Below, one piece after another: positions 27,366 to 42,003 of a DNA stretch of 64,000 bases (the first letter of the stretch is position 1; each line of letters starts with the position of its first letter). Source of the DNA: the human T2T-CHM13v2.0 reference genome, Homo sapiens; the NCBI RefSeq assembly GCF_009914755.1, contig NC_060936.1; one strand, 5' to 3'. The notes beneath the pieces were generated by a model, which made no database searches, was not told the DNA's origin, and was given only the letters and a program-made list of their open reading frames with translations. The translations under genes were made by a program, and so were the position numbers.

Positions 27366-28399
27366 CATGCTTGACTAGGTCTACCTCTTAGCCACACAGG
27401 GCTGCCTGGCAGAGGGTTTCTCCTTGAGTTGGATGTCTGTCACTTCAGTAATTGTCACAAGATTTAAAGAATTAGAGAAAAGCCCAGCAATGTCGTCAGC
27501 CTTCTGGATGCTTGAAATTTGTCACCGGGTTGAGTTGGAACCCAGTAGTGACGCTACTCATAAGGGCCGTTGGGTCTTTTAAATGAAATTCTCTTTCCTG
27601 GGTTTGAAAAATGCTCTAAGAATTGGGAGGGAACCCTCCTTAAATGGTTTCTGTAATTAATCCCCGGGGACTCGTCGGCAGTGGCATCCCACTCATTACT
27701 TACGCACAGAAATAAAGATAAATGTGTCTGGATAATAGCCCTGGGAAGGTATAAATCTTGCTTGTTTATGGGGGAAGGCAGCACACGAGGACTTAATGCT
27801 GCGGTTAAGGTTTTGTTGGATTTATGAGAACGCGCATACTGGTAAGAGCTGAGATTTAGAATCAAGGTTAAAAGAGAGGATGGGGGTGCTGCCGCCCTCG
27901 TGGCTTTGGGCTGAGCTCACTGCAGAGTCTTCCAGTCAGCTCTCGGTGACCTTGTTTGCCCAGAGGGGTCTCTTCACTCATTTGTGGATTTGGCAGCCAT
28001 CGTCCTAGGGAAGGGTTTCTCCCAACTGTAGAAATTATGTTTTGCATGGAATGAGCCCATGGATGCAAGCTAACTTGGTAGAAACCACTGGTATCCACAC
28101 TGAAGAGATTGTGCAAGCCAGGTTGGAGCTTTGAGAGAGAGATCGAAGTGTATGTTGGTACCCAGAGACGTATTTTGTTCTGTCATTTTGCCACCATTCA
28201 CTTACATGTTTGGTCAACGTTTATGGAGCTTTGGGGCTCCTGTCTTGCGCTAGAGCTTGCAGTTTTGGCAAAATGAGTCTTGGTCTCTGGAGTACATCAC
28301 TACTTGAAATAGTTCCAGGGTTTGCCAAGCTGCCGCTATGACCTAGCCACCATTTAACTGTGTACAAACTCTATTATGACTTATTTATGTATGTTTTTC

Positions 28400-28663
28400 T
28401 ATTTTTTAGAGATAGAGTCTTGCTGTGTCAACCATGGTGCGATCATAGCTTACTTCAGCCCCTAACTCCTAGGCTCAAGTGATTCTCCTGCCTCAGCCTT
28501 ACAAGTAGCTGGGACCATAGGTCTTGCTAAGGTTTACCTTTTTTTTTTTTTTTTCGTAGAAACAAGGTCTTGTTATGTTGCCCAGGCTGGTCTCAAACTC
28601 CTGGCCTTCTGCCTCAGCTTCCCAAAGTTCTGGGATTACAGATGTGAGCCACTGTGCCTGGTC
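28400..28663 (-). mobile_element. AluJ with internal deletions
   Basis: Antisense Alu; part of it is copied at 30158-30340. Confidence 0.88.
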
Positions 28664-28939
28664 AATATTTATCTTTAAATTGCCCCACTTGTTTTCAAAC
28701 TTAATGCCAAGTTTAGCCTTGTCCTAAGGTATAAGTATTACTGGTTTGTTGTGCTGGTTATATTTCTTTCTAACTCATATTAAAATAAATAAAGGCTGGG
28801 CATAGTGGCTCACTCCTGTAACCCCAAGCACTTTAGGAGGGCGACGTTGGAAGATCACTTAAGCCCGGGAGGTCGAGGATGCCGTGAGCTATGATTTCAC
28901 CACTGCACTGCAGCCTGGGCGTCAGAGCGAGACCCTGTC
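28507..28939 (+). repeat. Inverted duplication, left arm (donor)
   Basis: Reverse complement of 29881-30340, including ~130 bp of non-Alu sequence. Confidence 0.95.
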
Positions 28940-28945
28940 TCTACA

Positions 28946-28980
<35 letters not shown>
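28795..28980 (+). mobile_element. Alu monomer (FLAM/FRAM-like) followed by (TG)n at 28949-28980
   Basis: 'ggctgggcatagtggctcac..gagcgagaccctgtctc'. Confidence 0.85.
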
Positions 28981-28981
<1 letters not shown>

Positions 28982-29880
28982 TTAATACAAAATAATTTCC
29001 CTTGTCTACCACCTCAAACAACCAAATAATGTGTGTGCCATCCAGTCATCTTCTGCCTCACTGATAGGTAGGCTGTGTGCACACTGGTTGTGTTTACATT
29101 GGCTGAATAGCGTACCTGCTTTTCCAGTGCAATGAAACTTGCAACTTCCACCCACTTGTCTTCCCGGTGAGAAGTTTCTGGTCCAGGTATTTTAGGGCAA
29201 AGATACATCCTGTCTTAAATTCTGTGACTGTTTTCAGTGCCCATTTTTTCTTTCTTTTCCTGCAAAATGATGTAAGGGCACATACAAGAAAGAATCTCTC
29301 AGATCACTGTTCATTGACTGCCACAAAATTCAGAGTGAGTCTCCTCAGAGGTCACTTTTCATGGACCTGAAATGTGCTATTATATTCTCTGGCTTCTATC
29401 CTAGGGCCTGGGATGGGACTGTGTACCAGGTGGTCTTCGTTGCTCTAATATCGTTGTCTGATTTAAAGATCCAGTGGAATTGATTTTAATGCTTAGCTGA
29501 AAGAGAGAGGAATTCTGCACACTGGTGATATTTGGTGAGAGGTGAACTCATGTATACCATGACCATATTTCCTATACCCCAAATCAGGATGTATTATCTG
29601 AAACTTATTAATATTCCGTGCTCCACAAGTGCAGAAAATTCAAATTGTCATTAGTAGCTATGTGATTAACCAACAGATTTTATTGAAAGAATAACATTAC
29701 ATGAAAATGTAATGGTTTCAGAATATCTGGAGTGTATGGAGGCTGAATGGAAGATTTATTTAACCAGAGGAAGGCCAGAAAAAGGGGTTATATGTGTCCC
29801 TGGACACTGGCATTTGCTTCCATAATCAATGGCCCTTATTTCCCCTAAGCAGGAGATGAAAAATGATGCCCACTTGCTCT

Positions 29881-30340
29881 GACAGGGTCTCGCTCTGATG
29901 CCCAGGCTGCAGTGCAGTGGTGAAATCATAGCTCACTGCATCCTCGACCTCCTGGGCTCAAGTGATCCTCCAACGTCGGCCTCCCAAAGTGCTTGGGGTT
30001 ACAGGAGTGAGCCACCATGCGCAGCTTATATTTATTTTAATATGAGTCAGAAAGAAATATAACCAGCACAACAAACCAGTAATACCTATACCTCAGGACA
30101 AGGCTAAACTTGGCATTAAGTTTAAAAACAAGTGGGTCAATTTAAAGATAAATATTGACTGGGCACAGTGGCTCACATCTGTAATCCCAGAACTTTGGGA
30201 AGCTGAGGCAGAAGGATTGCTTAATGGCAGGAGTTTGAGACTAGCCTGGGCAACATAACAAGACCCTGTTTCTACAAAAAAAAAAAAAAAAAAAAGGAAA
30301 CCTTAGCCAGACCTGGTGGTATGCACCTTTGGTCCCAGCT
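29881..30340 (-). repeat. Inverted duplication, right arm (copy)
   Basis: 18 mismatches in a 320-bp hand alignment to the left arm; both Alu parts are cut at the arm ends. Confidence 0.95.
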
Positions 30341-30359
30341 TGGATTCAGTCCAAAGACT

Positions 30360-30890
30360 GAATCTGACCAACAGATATGTTTTGTTTTGCTTAAGAAGTG
30401 TCTGAAAAAATAGGGGCCAACATAAAAAAAAATGGACTATTGCTCATAAATAGCTGTATTTTTGGTCTGTCTTGAAACAGAGAAAGCACTGGCAACATTG
30501 GCTGTGCATCCCCACTTAGAAACAGGCTTTTGGAATGGTGCTGATGAGTGTGTGCCCCCTTTAGTTAAGGCGTGGGCTTGCCACTTTGCCACAGTCACCA
30601 CCACCCCCTCTTGTCTACCCTACATTGAGGCTGTCAGTTACCATTTATAATCATTCTTGAACTATAGTTTTTCTTATGGGAGACAAATATCTCTCTGTTT
30701 CCCAGAAAGACGCTGTCAAAAATTAGAGGCTTCCAGAGGGCTGTGTGTTTAGAGAACAATAGGAGAGAACATCTTTGTAGAAGTGAAGATCATTCTCATG
30801 TATTTAATATTCAAGCAAAGTGTGTTGGCTGCCTCTGTTCATTTACTGTTGCTGTCTGATCCCTGCAGGCATTTGACTTTCTGACCCTTG
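30360..30890. mobile_element. Ancient hAT DNA-transposon remnant (family uncertain)
   Basis: 'ctggcaacattggc..ccccctttag..tttgccacagtcaccaccacccc'; related degraded copies near 19600-19870 and 45830-46070. Confidence 0.5.
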
Positions 30891-31957
30891 GATTCAGCTA
30901 AGAGGCCAGGAAGGGCCTCTTCAAGGCAGACCGACTATTGGGGAGCACCTTGCAGAGCCTGGTGCCCCCAGATGCAATAAACCAGCCTCCCAGGCCCCTT
31001 GAGCATGGAGTGGATTGGAGTCTGTTTCATCCTTAATGAATGAATTGAATAGCTCACAGCAGGGGAAGCTTTTACCCAGCAGTTTTCCACTTAGAACTGC
31101 TCGTTCCTTCTCAAGTAATCAACTGAGTTTGCTATTGTCTATTATCCCGTGGTATTGGCAGTGGTGGTTTTACATCTGTGGGGACAATGATCTCCTGACT
31201 TTGAGGTCAGATTTTTCTTATGTAATGTGTCTGTACCCTCCACTTCACCTAACACCGGATGCAGCTCAGAGTGGAATGAACATTTGATGGGAGCAGCTGT
31301 TTTTCTGCTGGACAGTATGGAGAGGTACGTGCCTCAAAGCATCATACTGGAAGCAAGACTGCATGTGGCATTGTGCAAGCTGTCTGACCTGGCTGTGCCT
31401 CAGTTTCCTCACTTGTCGACTAGGCAGAATAATAACACATTCTCATCAGGGTACTACGATTCTTGATAAGCTCTGACATGTAAAGTCCTTGGTGCCTGGC
31501 ACTTGGCGAGGACGTTGTGTTTTTGTTCCCTTCTCTATACCTCAGACTCGGAGTAGTGCCTAGCACATGTGAGGTCTTCGTGCATATTTGTTGTTTCTGG
31601 CCGTATCTTCAGCACCCAGGACAGTTCCAGTCCCTTGGTGGTCAATAAATGTATCAAGAATGAATGAAGTGTTTCAAAAATTTTTTTTGAGGTTGGTGTG
31701 TATCTGAGATATGGGTATAAAAACATCTTCTCCAAACCGGAAGTCAGATGTGCAGTATAACCAAGGGTTTTGGTGCAAGAGGTGGCCTGGGAGATGTGAT
31801 TGGATGTGAACTGTTAGTGTCTGTGGCTGTGTTAATGGTTTATGGGTGAAATCCAACCAGATGTAGAAAGTCACAACCATCTGAGGGAATTGTGGAGTAG
31901 GTTTGGCCCAGACATAGTCCTGGGTACTGGCTGTTTGGGAAAACTTGTGGTGTTCCA

Positions 31958-32435
31958 TGTATTAATTTTCTATTGCTCCTGTAACACATTATTGGAAATT
32001 CAGTGGCTAACACACACAAATCTATTATCTTACTGTCTAGAGGTTGGAAGTCTGAAATGACTCTTAAGGAATGGAATCAAGGCAGGGCTGTGTCCTTCTG
32101 GAAGCTCTAGAGGAAAATATGTTTCCTTGCTTTTTCCAGCTTCTAGAGGCCACTTGCATTCCTTGGCTTGTGGCCCCTTCCTCCGTCTTGAAAGCATGCA
32201 TTCAACCTGTCTCCATCGTCACATCGCTTCCTCTGCCTCTGCCTCTGCCTCTCCTGCCTCCCTCTGATAAGTGCCTATGAGATGATGTTGCACCCACCAT
32301 GGTAATCCAGGATATCCACCCCATCTCAAGATCCTTAACCTAATCACATGTGCAGAGTCCCATTTGTCTTATAAAGTAACATATTCACAGGTTCTGGGGT
32401 TTAGGATGTGGACATTTTGGAGGCAATCACTCTAC
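31958..32435 (-). mobile_element. MLT1C-like solo LTR
   Basis: 'gcattccttggcttgtggcccctt', 'ccatctcaagatccttaacctaatcaca'. Confidence 0.85.
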
Positions 32436-32933
32436 TAAGCTTTTGAGGGTCCCGGGAAGTCAGAAAAGGTAGGGTGTTCTGGATGGGCTTTGGCAGCCTG
32501 GAGGGGCCCAAGCGAAGCAAGGTGGACCATTCTGGGCAGATAGGGCCTGGGGCCCAGTTGCTGGAGTGTTGATGGGGGATGGACTGTTTTGGGTGGGAGG
32601 AACATTACCAGTTGTTCCCAGCTCAGGTCTTTAGGGGTCTCAGAAGCAGTTGGGTCTGGGAGAGTGGAGCAGCTCACAGCTGGTGCACAACTGTTGCGTG
32701 GCAAGCATGCAGTTCCCTGCAGTAAAATGACACACCTTGTTCTCAAACACAATTTAAAGTGGCCTAATTTGTTTTCTGGTCTGCTTCTCCTTCACCCCCT
32801 CGATTATAAAGTCCATCTGCATTCTTTTCCCCTTGCATGAATGCAAACACCCAAACGCATGTGCATAGACACGCTCAGCCCATCTTTCCTTACGAAATTC
32901 ATTTATTTTTTGAAATTTTCATTGAACTATAAT

Positions 32934-33241
32934 ACATAGTTATGCGTTACTTAATGACAGGGATACCTTCTGAGAAATTTGCTGTTTGGTGATTTTGTCA
33001 CTGTGCGAACATCACAAAGTATATTTATACAGACCCAGGTGGTAGAGCCTGCTACACACCTAGGCTATTAACCTGTACAGCTTGTTACTGTACTGAATAC
33101 TGCAGGCAATTGCAGCCCAGGGATAAGCATTTGTGTATGTAAACATCTCTAAACATGTATAGTAAAAATATAGTATTTTAATTCACAGGGTATGCATGGT
33201 CTGTTGTCGACAGAAATGTCATTTTGTGGTGCATGACTGTA
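32934..33241. mobile_element. Tigger3a-like element
   Basis: 'tatgcgttacttaatgacagggata..ctgagaaa', ending 'gtgcatgactgta'. Confidence 0.8.
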
Positions 33242-33249
33242 TGTAGATA

Positions 33250-33584
33250 TAGTATTCCCCGCTTGTCTGCAGGGGATACATTGCAAGATCCCCAGTGGAC
33301 GCCTGAAATCACAGATGGTACTAAATCTTATATAGGCTGTTTTTTCTATACATACATACCTATGATAAAGCTCAATTTATAAATTAGACATAGTAAGAGA
33401 TGAATGACAATAACAAAATACCACAATTATAACAATATACTGTGATAAACATTACGTGAATGTGGTCTCTCTCTCTGCCTCTCAACATATCTCTTTGCCG
33501 TACTCATCGATTTTTGGACCCCAGTTGACCATGGGTAACTGAAACCACAGAAAGTGAGAGCAAGGAAAAAGGGAGACTACTGTA
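33250..33584. mobile_element. MER2
   Basis: 'ggggatacattgcaagatccccagtgga.gcctgaaa', 'atacctatgataaag', ending 'gagactactgta'. Confidence 0.85.
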
Positions 33585-33956
33585 TATACAGAAAAGGGCA
33601 CAAACATCACAAGTGTACAGCCTGACAACTTTTGCGAACTGAACACACTCATGAAAACAGGGGCCTCTGCAATCTGCACCTAATCACACAGCACCCTCCT
33701 TGACCCCAGGTGACCACCATCCTTCCTTCTACCAGCATAGATGACCTTTACCCTTTACCTGTTTTTTTACTTTCTATAAACAAGTCATGAGACTGGAGCT
33801 CTTGCTTGACTCATGTCTGTGCGGTTTATCCACATTATTACAAGTAGTGACTTCTCATTCATTCTCATTGCTGTAGAACAGAGAGGTTGGCAGAGTATAA
33901 CCTATGGGCCAAATTGAGCTTGTGAGCTAAGAATAGTTTTTAAGCTTAAAGGATTA

Positions 33957-34275
<319 letters not shown>

Positions 34276-35987
34276 AAATTAAACCCCAGACAAAGAAGAA
34301 TATGCAGCAAAGACTAAACGGCCAGTACAACCTTAAATATTTACTCTCTGGCCCTTTATGGAAAACATTTGCCAAGGTCTGCTGTTGAGCATTGACTTAT
34401 GTGAATCTATCACTGCTTTCCCATTCTATCGCCAGTGGGCACTGGGTATTATCTTCCCTTTAAAATCAATTTATTATAACTGAGCATAATTATAATTAAA
34501 ATCTTAAGAGTAATATATGTACATGGTCAAAATGGAAACACACAGAATGGCATGGAAGCAAGTCTAGTTGCTCAGGCCAGGCCTGCTCACAGAGATCAAG
34601 TAATTGCTCACAGCATTTTCTGCTTTGGAGATTTTTCTGTTTTGGCATGGTTGGGGCTGAGGGTCAGGTTTGGGTTGGGTTAGGCCTTCTCCACACCACA
34701 CTTGTAAAAAATGTTACCCAAGTTTTCTTTTGATACTTCAATGATTTCTTTTGAAAGTATTAGATATTTGGAATTTATTTTAGCATCAGGGTGATTTTGG
34801 GCTTCTTATCCAAGTCCCAGTAGCTCATGAGATTGTCTGGCTGTGAGTTATCAGTCAAGTCTGTGTTTTCTGACTGCCTTGAAGTCATTTAATTTGAAAG
34901 CGAATGTGTCCCATGGCACTCTGGGCTGGGCTGTCCAGTGAGACCACAGTGGTGAGCAAGTCATTGTATTGGACCCAGGATAGTGAGCCTTGGTGAGTTC
35001 AGGATGGTGAGCCTTGCTGGTCAAGCAGGCCAGGCATTTGAATGTTAAACACTTGGGAATATGCTTCTTGTTCACAAAGAACCATGCTTTCTCCCATTTT
35101 TGGGGATGTGGCAAGCGCTGTATCATGGAGACCTCAACGTGCAGTGGCTCAGAAAAGACCGTTTTTTCCCTTCTCGTTTAACCATCCCCATGTAGGAGTT
35201 GCTCTGATCTCTGAGGTCATCCTGAGACCCAGGGGTTTCCATCTCTTTGCTCTGTTACTCCCTAGGCTGGTGTCTGTGTGTCATGATTGGGGTTGCCTCA
35301 TCTCTATAGGTGTATTCCAGGCTGGGTGGGGAAAGGAGTGAGGAAGTGCAGGGCCGCGAATTTCCTTTTTAAAGGGTGTGGCTTGGAAATTGCATGCATC
35401 ACTTTGGCTCATGTCCCAAAGTCTGGAAATGAGCCATGCAGGCACTGTCAGCTGCAAGAAGACTGGGAAAGGTAATCTCCGACCTTGTGTGTTGGGGGGT
35501 TCCATGAATAAAAGGAAGAAGGGGAGAAAGGAAACTAGAATTAGCCATTTTCTGTCACATCCTCTCTCTTTTTGGTTTGTTCTTCTGATAGGCACATTGT
35601 CACACAGAAATGTTTCTCTACTATACAGAAACACTGCAGTTGGGATGATAAGAGGTAACTGAAACTCGCACTCATGGCTGGGGCATGCAATAGGGAGTGG
35701 TGGGGACTGTGGCTCATTACAGAGCTTGAGCATGGGTTAGGGGGGCAGTGGCTCCTAATCTGTGACTGTCACTTATTATTCTGTGAGAATATCAACTTAG
35801 AGTTAACAGATTTGATTTCTCGAGAGAAGCTAGAAATCTAGATTTTTTTTTAAAATGAGAAGTGTCTTGATTTTTTCAATCTTGGTTCGGTGTAAGAAAT
35901 GCAGTGTGGACCAATCAATATTCGTGTACAAGTTGCATTTGGCCTGTGGACCTTTGGTTGGTGCTCTCTACTCTAAAGGCTGCTATG

Positions 35988-36139
35988 AGCCAGGTGAGGT
36001 AGTGCCTGCACTACCTGTAATCCCTGTACTTTAGGAGGCTGAGGCAGGAGGATGGCTTGAGCCCAGGAGGTCGAGACCAGCCTGAGCAACTTAGCAAGAC
36101 TCCATCTCTACAAAAAGAAAAAGAAACAACAACGAAAAA
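35988..36139 (+). mobile_element. FLAM/Alu left monomer
   Basis: Monomer with TSD 'taaaggctgctatg'. Confidence 0.85.
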
Positions 36140-36229
36140 TAAAGGCTGCTATGCCAAAGGGAGATGGTGTTATCCTCTGACTGGCAGAGCTCAGGGATCT
36201 ATCAACTTCATAAATGAGGAAATTGGGAC

Positions 36230-36840
36230 TCGGCTTTTATACACTGTGTTAGAAGTGTTGGCTCACCTTCTCTGGAGGGGAGTTTGGCATTATCAGTTAA
36301 AATTACAAATGCACACACTTTGACTCATCCAGTTTACTTCTGAGAATTTATCATTCAGAGAGATTGTACCTGTGCAGATTAACCCATGCATGAGGTTATT
36401 CACTGCAACCCTGCAGTAGCATAAGGCTAGAGGCAACCTGAATGTCCATCAAGAGGGGCATGGGTAAATAAATGTTGGTGCATAGCCATACAGTGGAATG
36501 CTATACAGCGTGAGAAAAATGAAGACAGTGTATATATTGGCTGTAACCATCTCCATAAAAGATTGCTAAGTGAAAAACCAAACCACGTGCAGAACAGTGC
36601 ATATAGTATGTGACTATGTTAAAAAGAAAAAGTAATATAGTGTGTGTGTATATGTGCACTTTTATATACACACGATATTTTTGCAAGGTTCATGAGAAAC
36701 TGATAACGTTGCTTGCTTCTGGGGAGTTGAGTGTAAGACAGAAGGGAGGAGACATTTTATTCTAGAATCGTGTATCTTTTGAAGTTTGAGACATGAAAAT
36801 GTTTTACCCATTCAAAACATAAATAAAATTAAGATAAAAG
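36230..36840 (+). mobile_element. Ancient L1ME-type 3' region
   Basis: 'caacctgaatgtccatcaagaggg', 'catacagtggaatgctatacagc'. Confidence 0.7.
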
Positions 36841-38140
36841 ACAAGAAAGACTAGCGAGGCTCTGAGAGGGCGTGGGTTTCCCAGGCATCACACAGCAGCT
36901 GGGGGCTAGAATCAGCATCCCTGTTTGTGCCTCCCAGCACCGCATCTTATTACCCCAGCAATCTTACCATGCTGCTAGTTTTTGATCTTAGAGGCTGTTC
37001 AGAAGAACTTCTACCTTGTTAACTAGCAAGCTGGAATTTATTTTACCAACTGATATAGTTAATTGGGTTTCTTGCAGGAGCTGCTGTTTTTCTTGGCCTC
37101 AATAATAACCGCCCCAAGGCAACACCCTCTTCTGAAGGATCTTGGGTTCCCAGATACACCTCTGATTATATTTGCAGTTACTTTGCAGTTCATCGAGCAG
37201 ACCTGGGCTGGTTTCCCTTAGGTTTACTTCATCACCTGAGCATTGCCAGTGACTCGGGCCAGGTGCTGCCCTGAGTGTTTTTGGAATTCCGGGGACTTGG
37301 AGGGTCTCCTTGCTGCTTCACCTTCCTCCTGCGGCACCAGGAAAAATAATGATTCCTTGGCTGCAGAAAGCAGGGTGACAAATGCAGGCCCTTTGTGGAG
37401 CGAGGCAGGCAGCCTTTCTGGTTCTCTGGCAGAGGTGCTGTTTAAATGACATTTTTCTTGAAGATCAGAGAGCTGTTGAGAGCTGCCTTGGGACTCGAGC
37501 CTGGTAATTAGCTCTTTACCTGTGTCCTGAGGATTCTCAGCACAGCAGCTTGTCAAGGGAGCTTGGGAGAGGATGTACTGTGTTCTCACCCAGGATGAAT
37601 AAAAACCTTCTCCTTGTTTAAACAAAATGAGAAATCCTGGTGTCCGGGGATCATCCTGTCACCTTATATCTCCCTAGTTCAGTAGGATCCAGCACGGAGC
37701 ATGACTGATCACTTAAATCCTATGTGTTAGGTTGGCTGCAGGGAACTGAGACCTTAAATAACAACGGTTTAAGCAAGACGGAAGTGTATTTCCCTCTCAT
37801 ATACAAGCGCAGAAATAAGTATCCAGAACTGGTATGGCAGCTCCTCTCGGCAAAACCCTCTTTGTTTCCAGTTCCTTCCAGCTCACCATCATTCCTAAGG
37901 TGTGGGTCTCTCTTCATGGTCCAAGATAGAGTCCCAGATGTGCCTCCCACATTCCAGGTAGCAGGAAATGGAAAAGAGCAAGGGGATCACTTGAGCCCAG
38001 GAGTTCGAGGCTGCACCATTACACTCTAGTCTGGGCAGTAGAACATGACCCTGTCTCTTAAAAAAAAAAAACGCTACACTTCCCAGGTTCCTTTGCAGCT
38101 AAGCATGGCCAGAAAGCTAATGCCACATCTCACATCTTTG

Positions 38141-38361
<221 letters not shown>

Positions 38362-38439
38362 TGATCCTTTGCTCCCTAAGGCCACTTTCCAAGAAGTTGC
38401 ATGTAGTACCCCACAATATCCCATTTCCTGAACTTATTA

Positions 38440-38930
38440 TGTTAACTTGGGTTCCCTCTAAAAGTGGAAGCTGATAATAAGGGCTTGAATGCAGGTAATT
38501 TATTTTGGAAATGTATTCAAAGGAAGTGGAATGGGGCAACTGGGAAGAGGAAACAGGAGAGGAGGGAAGAATGAATCCAAGGCTGCATGACCCAGGTGGT
38601 TACCACTGTAGGCCTTGGGATTCCCTCCTGCTGAGACTGCTTCCAGGAGCAGAGTGAAACACACCTCAGGACTGTTCACCAAAGACACGGATGAGGGGAG
38701 TATTTACTCCGTCTGCCAAACCCCATTGGTCAAGGGTTGCTCTCCAGGATGTTGAATCCCTTGCACTCATGGTTTTGAGCTGAACAGGCTCCTGCAGAGA
38801 CTCTGTGGGGGTTGGGGGGGCGGGTAGGAGGTGCAGTAGAGGTACTTGGGGGCTCCACATGTGCCCAACTTCTTACAGCAAGAGCCAGGGCAAAAAGATG
38901 GACTGACAGAAAGTGAGATGGAGCATTAGC
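38440..38930. mobile_element. LTR16-like ERVL LTR nested in an old MLT1
   Basis: 'gggcttgaatgcaggtaatttattttggaa', 'ccccattggtcaagggttgc'. Confidence 0.6.
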
Positions 38931-38975
38931 TTTATGGCCATGCTTACCTGCACAGGAACTTGGGAAACATAGTTG

Positions 38976-39268
38976 TTTTTTTTTTTTTCCCGAAAGAGAT
39001 AGGGCCTTGCTTTATCACCCAGGCTGGAGTGCAGGGGTGCAAGCCTAGCTTACTGCAGCTTCCAACTCCTGGGCTCAAGTGATCCTCCCACCTCACCCTC
39101 CTGAGTTTCTGGGACTATAGGTGTGCACCACCATGTACCATACCCTGCTAATTTTTAATTTTTAATCTTTATTTTTGTAGAGAAGGAGACTCACTATGTC
39201 GCCTACGCTGGTCTCAAACTCTTGGCCTCAAGGGATCCTCCTGCCTCAGCTTCCTAAAGTACTGGGAT
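38976..39268 (-). mobile_element. AluJ
   Basis: Antisense dimer, 5' end truncated. Confidence 0.9.
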
Positions 39269-40997
39269 GGAAATGTGGTTTTTATTCACAGTGGCCACGA
39301 GTTTGGCAAAAGTCAGGGGATTGATTACTGTTGCAAGGATGTTGGAGAACAAATGGCAGACTCTAGCACACCGTGATCTTCATTCCATTCATTATGATTG
39401 ATCGTGGGAAGGAATTCCGCAATTGTTTGACAGTGTCTGCCATGGGTATGGTGGTGGAGAGGTGGAAGGTTTTGTATTGAGAGTCTGCTATTCTTGACCC
39501 TTGGTATTTGTAGCACTCACAATTCATGAGGGTTGAGTAAAAAAATTTTAAAAATTAGAGTGAAATGGGATAAGACCCATCTGAAGGTGGTACTTGGCTT
39601 ATCCTGAGCTATGCTCACCTCTGGTGCTCTCTCTGATTGTCTTTTATATTTTCAACAGTTTTGAATTGCAAACCTACTATGTGCACAGCTGGCATGTGCA
39701 CAGGTAGGAAGAAAGGCTACAATGAAGAGGCCATGTTTCCCAAACTTTGGTTTTTTTAATATATTACCTTCATTACCTTTAATATATTACCTTTTTAAAT
39801 ATATTACCTTCATATAATATATAATATATATTTGACCATATCTACAGTATTCTCTGGCTATTGTAAAAAATTTAATACCTATTTTTAAAAATCAACTCAA
39901 GTTTTTACTTAAATATGATTATTTTAAAAGCAGACTCTATCACTACCACAAATAGAAAGCCAGTATCACTTGCCATAAATAGCCAGAAACCTTCAAAATA
40001 AAGACAATGAAAACAAAGCAATGACCTTAAATTCCAGCTAGATACCGCGGCTTGCCAAAGGCTCTCAGACAGAGACCTGCTGTCTCCCGTCTAACAAGGG
40101 CCATTAGCCAAATGTTAGAGACTCATTAGCAGAGATGGAGGCTTCCTCTCTTTATGAGAAGGATTACAGGAGAATTAAGAAAGGAATAGCCTTCTAATGG
40201 TGGGATTCCATGTTCCTGAAAACCTTTTTGTAAATCATCTTCCACATTGCTGGGAGGACTTGGGAAAGGGCTGTGGAGGGCTTTGAATTCCGAGCTAAAG
40301 GGATTGTTGCATTTGTTGCATTTGCAGAAAAGCCCTTGGGATACCTTTTGGGGGGTTATTTAGGGGTACAGGAGTAGTTTCTGCAGCAGAATATATTGAT
40401 GAATAGGGCGTCCCTGTCCCCCAGCGGGTGGGAAATTCCCATTTAGGCAAAAACTCCCTCTTCGGTCCAGCGATTGGCAAGAGGCAGGCATAAGCCTCTG
40501 ATCCCCTGCGCCCAGGCCTGTCTTTGAACAGGCACTGAATAGCATCCATTCCTCAGGAGATGTCCTGCACTGCTCGAGCTCCTGAGAGCTCTTGGATTAA
40601 AAAAAAAATAAACTCGAGTTGGCACCACATCCAAGTGGCATGTGGCGCGGGCGGGTGCAGTTGGATTATTTTTATTTATGATAGCTGATTCACAATTGTC
40701 TCCATGGCAATGGGGGAGCTAAAGGCGGAGGGAAGGAGGGAGTCGTCACATTATTAAATGACCCAATGAAAGAATAAAAACCCTCCAACACATCAGGGAT
40801 TAATTTAACACTGTGGCCTTGCCTGGCAGGTCATTACCCATCCCTGCTACAGATGTTGGCACTTCCACTTCCAGAGTGTTCTGCGCAGAGCATGGCTCAT
40901 CTGTTTGCATTTGAATGTCATTCTTCGCTCAAACAGTCAGATGCCGGGGGTCAGGAGGGCCACTGGTGACCTCATCTGGAGATGTTCTCCACTCATG

Positions 40998-42003
<1,006 letters not shown>

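Noticed and set aside
39757-39830. 'aatatattacctt' short repeats (also the 23-bp AT-rich doublet at 54504-54549)
   Set aside because: Ordinary slippage in AT-rich repeat remnants.
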